DNA of 33,441 nt from the IMG/VR virus record IMGVR_UViG_3300020462_000026, positions 1-33,441 of that record; one strand, written 5' to 3'. Numbering within the stretch: the first letter of the stretch is position 1; every line of letters begins with the position of its first letter. A program made the position numbers and the translations under genes. The notes below the pieces were generated by a model. It was not told the DNA's origin. It searched no databases and was given only the letters and a program-made list of their open reading frames with translations. This document shows positions 28,610 to 33,441 of this stretch, piece after piece. This DNA is from a virus (Duplodnaviria > Caudoviricetes).

Positions 28610-29037
28610 ACCTTGATCAAATTCAGGAGATGTGGGAAAAAGATTCTCAAATCGACCCTGATAATCTACATGATGAATCATTAAAAATTCCACAACTTCA
28701 TTCAAAATATTATACATTATATAATACCATTACTCTTTTGAGAGAGAAAGCAAGAGGAACTTATAATCGTATAAAATTAGAAAGATATAATTACTACACA
28801 GGAAAGGCAACAGCAGAGGTTTATGCAGAAGAACCATTTCCCTATAAGGTTAGAGATAAAGAGGCATTACAGAGGTATATGGATGCCGATGAGAAGTTAA
28901 ATAATATTGATTTAAAAGTTCGTTATTATGATGTAATGCTCAAGTTCTTAGAAGAGATTATCAAGACAGTTTCAAATAGAACTTTTCAAATTAAGAACTC
29001 AATAGACTGGCACAAGTTTCAAGCAGGATTTAACTAA
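28606..29037 (+). CDS. uvsY: Recombination mediator UvsY
   Basis: 'W..DS.ID...L..ESLKIPQLHSKY', 'YY.GKA', 'R.FQIKN.IDW.KF.AG'. Confidence 0.9.
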   Translation: MNLDQIQEMWEKDSQIDPDNLHDESLKIPQLHSKYYTLYNTITLLREKARGTYNRIKLERYNYYTGKATAEVYAEEPFPYKVRDKEALQRYMDADEKLNNIDLKVRYYDVMLKFLEEIIKTVSNRTFQIKNSIDWHKFQAGFN

Positions 29038-29219
29038 TGGAAGAAAACTATTATAATATCGAAATGAATATTCAATCTATTCGTATCATACATAATGGTC
29101 TCGGACAAGCAGTTGAAAAATGGTCTGGGGGAGAACCAGAAGAACAAATGAATTTAATCGCAATGAGAGATAATTTTTATAGAGTTATCCTAGAACACCA
29201 ATTTGACAGCACGAACTAA
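29037..29219 (+). CDS. Small hypothetical protein
   Basis: TAATG coupling to uvsY; fills the gap; 'EKWSGGEPEEQ'. Confidence 0.7.
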   Translation: MEENYYNIEMNIQSIRIIHNGLGQAVEKWSGGEPEEQMNLIAMRDNFYRVILEHQFDSTN

Positions 29220-29222
29220 ATA
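29216..29222 (+). promoter_or_regulatory. Late promoter CTAAATA upstream of uvsW
   Basis: TAAATA core overlapping the upstream stop codon; uvsW is late-expressed in T4. Confidence 0.6.
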
Positions 29223-29244
29223 CTTATAGGTGAAACTATGAGTT

Positions 29245-30708
29245 ATGTCTCATTTGATTATATCAAAAAAGAATGAAGTATATTTACAGGTTAAGGCAGA
29301 ACCTCATGTATACTACGAATTATCAGACCAGTTTACCTTTGAGGTTCCTGGTGCAAAGTTTATGTCCTCGTATCGTAGTAAATACTGGGATGGAAAGATA
29401 AGATTATTTAATACCCAAACTGGAGAGATTTACGTTGGGTTGTTAGATAAGGTCACAAAGTTTTGCGATGATCATGGATATACTTATGAGTTTGTAGATA
29501 ATAAGTATTATGGTCTTCCTTTTGAGACGAATAATTTTATCTCAAAGGAAGGTGTAAAAGATTATATGAATGCTATTTGTAAGTATTCTCCGAGAGATTA
29601 TCAAGTTGAGGGAGTATACGACGCCTTAAAACATAATAGAAAGTTGTTGATATCCCCAACTGCTTCTGGAAAGTCTCTGATGATATATTCTCTTGTGAGA
29701 TATTACGTTGAGAAAAAACAAAATATTCTGATAGTCGTTCCGACGACTTCGCTAGTAGAGCAGATGTATAAAGACTTTGCAGACTATGGTTGGGATGTAG
29801 GTTCATATTGTCACAAGATCTATGCAGGGAAGGAAAGAGAAACAGATTCTCAAGTTATCATCACTACCTGGCAGTCTATTTACAAACTCCCCCGAAAATA
29901 TTTCGAAAGATTTAATGTAGTTATCGGAGACGAAGCACACCAGTTTAAATCAAAGTCATTAATATCTATAATGTCTAAACTTGCGGATGCAAAATATCGT
30001 TTTGGTTTTACTGGAACACTTGACGGAACACAAACACATAAATGGGTTCTTGAGGGATTGTTTGGGGCTTCGTACAAAATCATTCGTACCGAAGAGTTGA
30101 TGTCAAAGGGACATGTTGCTAAACTGGATATCAATGTACTTCTACTGAAGCACCCAGCACATAAGTTTGAAAACTTTGAAGAAGAAGTTCAGTATATTAT
30201 TAATCATGAACGTAGAAATAAGTTCATAAGAAATCTTGCATTAGATCTCAAAGGAAATACTCTGGTTCTTTTTGCAAGAGTTGAAGGTCATGGTGAACCA
30301 CTATATCACATGATAAATAATAATACGGTTGATGAAAGACAAGTATTTTTTGTCCATGGTGGCGTAGATACAAAAGATCGAGAACAAGTAAGGGAGATTA
30401 CTGAACAAGAAAATAATGCGATTATTGTTGCATCATACGGAACATTCAGTACAGGAATTAATATCAAGAATCTCCACAATGTCATTTTTGCTTCTCCATC
30501 CAAATCTAGAATTCGAAATCTCCAGTCTATTGGAAGGGTTCTTAGGAAAGGTAACAACAAAACCAAAGCGACTCTCTATGACATTGCTGACGACATATCC
30601 TACAAATCCAGGAGGAACTATACACTTAATCATCTAATCGAAAGAATTAAAGTTTATAACGAAGAGAATTTTAATTACGATATTGTAAACATACCACTAA
30701 AGAACTAA
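29245..30708 (+). CDS. uvsW: SF2 helicase UvsW
   Basis: 'WDGKIRLF', 'PRDYQ', Walker A 'SPTASGKS', 'DEAH', 'GFTGT', 'QSIGRVLR'. Confidence 0.97.
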   Translation: MSHLIISKKNEVYLQVKAEPHVYYELSDQFTFEVPGAKFMSSYRSKYWDGKIRLFNTQTGEIYVGLLDKVTKFCDDHGYTYEFVDNKYYGLPFETNNFISKEGVKDYMNAICKYSPRDYQVEGVYDALKHNRKLLISPTASGKSLMIYSLVRYYVEKKQNILIVVPTTSLVEQMYKDFADYGWDVGSYCHKIYAGKERETDSQVIITTWQSIYKLPRKYFERFNVVIGDEAHQFKSKSLISIMSKLADAKYRFGFTGTLDGTQTHKWVLEGLFGASYKIIRTEELMSKGHVAKLDINVLLLKHPAHKFENFEEEVQYIINHERRNKFIRNLALDLKGNTLVLFARVEGHGEPLYHMINNNTVDERQVFFVHGGVDTKDREQVREITEQENNAIIVASYGTFSTGINIKNLHNVIFASPSKSRIRNLQSIGRVLRKGNNKTKATLYDIADDISYKSRRNYTLNHLIERIKVYNEENFNYDIVNIPLKN

Positions 30709-30709
30709 T

Positions 30710-31147
30710 ATGGGAGATGAATTTTACGCAATTATAAAACTAGTATCTGGTGAAGAAGTATTGTCACTTATTTCTATTGATGATAATGATGGAGACCCTT
30801 TAGTTGTGATGCAGAATCCAATCACAATGAAACTTCTACACTCTCAACATGGAATGCATGTTAAAGTTAAATCATGGATGGAATTAGCATCTGATGATTT
30901 CTTTATTATAAGACCTGATAAAATTCTTACTATGACAGAAACTCATGATGAAAGAATGATTGAGATATATACTAACTATATTGAAGATGAAGATGATATG
31001 GACGGTTTAAAACCTCAATCGTCCTCTAATGAAAAACCTAAAGGTGATGTTAAACCTTCTAGAAAGATGGGATACTTATCAACGGTAGAAGAAGCAAGAA
31101 AGACTCTAGAGAATATCTTTAAACTTGAAGATACTAAAGAAAGCTAA
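30710..31147 (+). CDS. Hypothetical protein with possible Sm-like N-terminal domain
   Basis: 'IIKLVSGEEVL....NPI' pattern, then an acidic linker and a C-terminal helix; uvsW-gp55 position. Confidence 0.7.
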   Translation: MGDEFYAIIKLVSGEEVLSLISIDDNDGDPLVVMQNPITMKLLHSQHGMHVKVKSWMELASDDFFIIRPDKILTMTETHDERMIEIYTNYIEDEDDMDGLKPQSSSNEKPKGDVKPSRKMGYLSTVEEARKTLENIFKLEDTKES

Positions 31148-31174
31148 GCCCCTCTCTTCAACCCTAACAAAGGT

Positions 31175-31203
31175 ATTCTACTGATAATCAAGGGTTCTGT
31201 CAA
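31175..31203 (-). promoter_or_regulatory. Antisense sigma70-type promoter TTGACA-N17-TAGAAT
   Basis: Plus-strand tgtcaa (31198-31203) reads TTGACA on the minus strand; attcta (31175-31180) reads TAGAAT; the spacer is exactly 17 nt. Confidence 0.7.
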
Positions 31204-31217
31204 GCCCCCTAAAAGTG

Positions 31218-31226
31218 TGGTATAAT
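31218..31226 (+). promoter_or_regulatory. Extended -10 sigma70-type promoter (TGgTATAAT) for gp55-gp47-gp46
   Basis: TGnTATAAT 33 nt upstream of the gp55 ATG; no sense TTGACA at the -35 position. Confidence 0.7.
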
Positions 31227-31259
31227 TAATATAACTTATACTTAAAAGAGTAATGGATT

Positions 31260-31784
31260 ATGCCCAAAAAGAAATCAGAACATTATGTAAACAATAAAGA
31301 GTTATTGGAGGCAATGATTGTCTATCGAACTAAGGTAGAAAAATCATACATGAAGACTTTCAATAAAGATCTCACTGAGTTTCCGAAACAGGAAAGAGGA
31401 AAGAGATGGGAAGGTAAACCACGTATTCCAGATTATCTTGGTGAGTGTTTTCTTAAGATTGCAACACACCTTTCATACAAACCCAACTTTGTGAACTACA
31501 TGTTCCGTGAAGATATGATTTCTGATGGGATAGAAAATTGCGTCCAATACATTCATAATTTCGATCCAGAAAGGTCAAAGAACCCTTTTGCATACTTTAC
31601 TCAGATTATTCATTATGCTTTTCTGAGACGCATACAGAAGGAGAAGAAGCAGTTGGAAATTAAGACTAAGATTATTGAAAAGACTGGATTTGATGAAGTT
31701 ATGATGGTTGATGATAGCTTGCTTTCTGGACATAGTTCAGAGTATAATAGTATCAAAGATGCTATTCAATATAAGAATCGATGA
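31260..31784 (+). CDS. gp55: Late transcription sigma factor gp55
   Basis: 'HYVNNKE', 'YLGECFLKIA.HLS.KPNF.NY', 'DMISDGIENC', 'NPFAYFTQI...AFLRRI.KEKKQ'. Confidence 0.96.
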   Translation: MPKKKSEHYVNNKELLEAMIVYRTKVEKSYMKTFNKDLTEFPKQERGKRWEGKPRIPDYLGECFLKIATHLSYKPNFVNYMFREDMISDGIENCVQYIHNFDPERSKNPFAYFTQIIHYAFLRRIQKEKKQLEIKTKIIEKTGFDEVMMVDDSLLSGHSSEYNSIKDAIQYKNR

Positions 31785-32815
31785 AAATAGCAATTTTAAC
31801 AGATACTCATTATGGGGCAAGAAAAGGTTCGAAGCACCTGCATGATTATTTTGAGAAGTTCTATGATGATGTATTCTTTCCTACACTAGAAGAGGAAGGA
31901 ATTGATACCGTTATTCATATGGGAGATGCCTTTGATAGTCGTAAGTCAATTGATTATCAAAGTCTTGAGTGGTCAAAGAGAGTTGTATTTGATAGACTTC
32001 AGAACTATGATGTTCATATGATTGTGGGAAACCATGATACATATTATAAAAACACAAATGAAGTTAATTCTCCAGGTCTGCTTTTATCTGACTATAATAA
32101 CATTTCTGTATACGATGAACCTACAGAGGTAAATCTTTCTAAACTCAAAGTTTTATTCATCCCATGGATTAATGAAAAAAATTACGAAAATAGTATCAAA
32201 CTTATTAAAGATACAACTAGCATATGTGCGATGGGGCACCTTGAACTCAACGGATTTAGAGCTCATCGTGGGCACGTCATGGAAGACGGTATGGACAGCA
32301 AACTATTTGAGAAGTTCGAAAAAGTATTCTCGGGACACTATCACACTCGATCAGATAACGGAAAAATCTTCTACTTAGGAAATCCTTATGAGATTTATTG
32401 GAACGATGTAAATGATACGAGAGGTTTTCATATTTTTGATACGGAAACCCTCACTCATACTCCAATTAACAATCCTTATAAATTATTTTATAATATCTAT
32501 TATGAAGATACCAATCATAAACTCTTCAATTCAACTGAATATAGTAACAAAATTGTAAAAGTTATTGTTCGTAAAAAATCAAAACCAAAAGATTTTGAGA
32601 AGTTTATTGATAAACTTTATACTGCCGGAGTTCATGATTTAAAGATAATTGAAAACTTTGAAATTCAAGAGTCTGAAGACTTTGATATTGATGAAGAAGA
32701 GAATACACTTTCAATTCTAAATCGATATATTGATGAATCTGAATTTGATCTTGACAAAAACATTATCAAGGGTATCTTCCAAGATTTGTATAGTCAGGCT
32801 TGCGAAGTGGAGTAA
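31781..32815 (+). CDS. gp47: Recombination endonuclease subunit gp47 (Mre11/SbcD-like)
   Basis: Metallophosphoesterase motifs DTH, GD.FD, GNHD, GH and GHYH. Confidence 0.96.
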   Translation: MKIAILTDTHYGARKGSKHLHDYFEKFYDDVFFPTLEEEGIDTVIHMGDAFDSRKSIDYQSLEWSKRVVFDRLQNYDVHMIVGNHDTYYKNTNEVNSPGLLLSDYNNISVYDEPTEVNLSKLKVLFIPWINEKNYENSIKLIKDTTSICAMGHLELNGFRAHRGHVMEDGMDSKLFEKFEKVFSGHYHTRSDNGKIFYLGNPYEIYWNDVNDTRGFHIFDTETLTHTPINNPYKLFYNIYYEDTNHKLFNSTEYSNKIVKVIVRKKSKPKDFEKFIDKLYTAGVHDLKIIENFEIQESEDFDIDEEENTLSILNRYIDESEFDLDKNIIKGIFQDLYSQACEVE

Positions 32816-33091
32816 ATGTATCTTCTAACTCTCAAAGATGGTAAAGATGATGGTGCTTATGCCGTTCAGGATAATTATGGCAATAAAGTGTTATTTTTGT
32901 TTGAAGAAGAAGATGATGCTGAAAGATATGCTATGATGCTATATGACGAAGAAGATGCTGATATGGATGTTGTAGAAGTTGATGATGACCTTGCTATAAA
33001 AACTTGTAAACATTATTCGTATAAGTATACGATTATTACACCTAATGACATTGTGATTCCCCCTAAGAATGATAACCTTCAAAAAGATTAG
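32816..33091 (+). CDS. Small acidic hypothetical protein
   Basis: Abuts the gp47 stop and overlaps the gp46 start; 'GAYAV...KVL.LFEEEDDA.RYA..L...IT..DIVIPP'. Confidence 0.75.
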   Translation: MYLLTLKDGKDDGAYAVQDNYGNKVLFLFEEEDDAERYAMMLYDEEDADMDVVEVDDDLAIKTCKHYSYKYTIITPNDIVIPPKNDNLQKD

Positions 33092-33441
33092 ATATAAAAA
33101 CTTTTTAAGTTCTGGCAATCAGTTTACAGAGATTGACTTTCAACAACATCATACTAATTTAATTATTGGAACAAATGGAGCAGGAAAGTCCACAATGCTG
33201 GATGCGCTTACATTTGTATTATTCAATAAACCATTTCGTAAGATCAATAAACCACAACTTGCGAATGCCACAAATGAGAGGGATTGTTTGGTAGAGATTG
33301 AGTTCTCTGTGAATAGTCGTGACTATTTGGTTCGTCGTGGAATCAAACCAAATATTTTTGATATTGAGGTAAATGGTAATCCACTTCATAAGGAAGCAGA
33401 TGATCGTGCCAATCAACGCATTCTTGAGGAGAGTATTCTTA
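33069..33441 (+). CDS. gp46: Recombination ATPase subunit gp46 (Rad50/SbcC-like), 3'-truncated (not in the ORF track)
   Basis: Manual translation from ATG 33069: MITFKKIRYKNFLSSGNQFTEIDF...LIIGTNGAGKSTMLDALTFVLFNKPFRKINKPQL (Walker A); open to the window end. Confidence 0.96.
   Translation, partial: MITFKKIRYKNFLSSGNQFTEIDFQQHHTNLIIGTNGAGKSTMLDALTFVLFNKPFRKINKPQLANATNERDCLVEIEFSVNSRDYLVRRGIKPNIFDIEVNGNPLHKEADDRANQRILEESIL

Noticed and set aside
31253-31297. Short out-of-frame ORF (MDYAQKEIRTLCKQ) overlapping the gp55 start
   Set aside because: Only 14 codons with no supporting evidence; likely chance.
32751-32778. TTGACA-N16-TATCTT inside the 3' end of gp47
   Set aside because: Suboptimal spacer, weak -10 and located in coding sequence; cannot be distinguished from chance.
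1-33441. CRISPR arrays, tRNA/rRNA genes, IS elements, DGR repeats and auxiliary metabolic genes
   Set aside because: None seen; intergenic gaps are all about 110 nt or less and lack such structures.

Overview
A co-directional (+ strand) virion-morphogenesis and late-gene block of a T4-like myovirus. Gene order and protein features best fit a marine cyanomyovirus (Kyanoviridae-type); the host is inferred, since the window holds no photosynthesis or other auxiliary metabolic genes. Order: 5'-truncated gp7-position baseplate protein, gp8, a 2459-aa VrlC/DUF4815-like baseplate protein, three small ORFs, gp13, gp14, gp15, gp16, a 694-aa modular basic protein, gp17, a small Zn-finger ORF, gp18, gp19, gp20, two small ORFs, gp21, gp22, gp23, a terminator, gp3, uvsY, an ORF, uvsW, an Sm-like ORF, gp55, gp47, an ORF and 3'-truncated gp46. 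Late-promoter boxes (TATAAATA/CTAAATA) sit at or near many gene boundaries. Two observations stand out. First, the 694-aa ORF between gp16 and gp17 reads as a string of small basic or Cys-containing modules, most preceded by a [LIVM]-x-E site like the gp23 maturation site, suggesting a prohead-protease-processed polyprotein of internal head peptides. Second, the intergenic region before gp55 holds a near-consensus ANTISENSE sigma70 promoter (TTGACA-N17-TAGAAT) aimed at uvsW/uvsY, placed symmetrically about one hexamer with the sense extended -10 promoter of gp55. All assignments come from motif recognition and synteny; no database searches were run.
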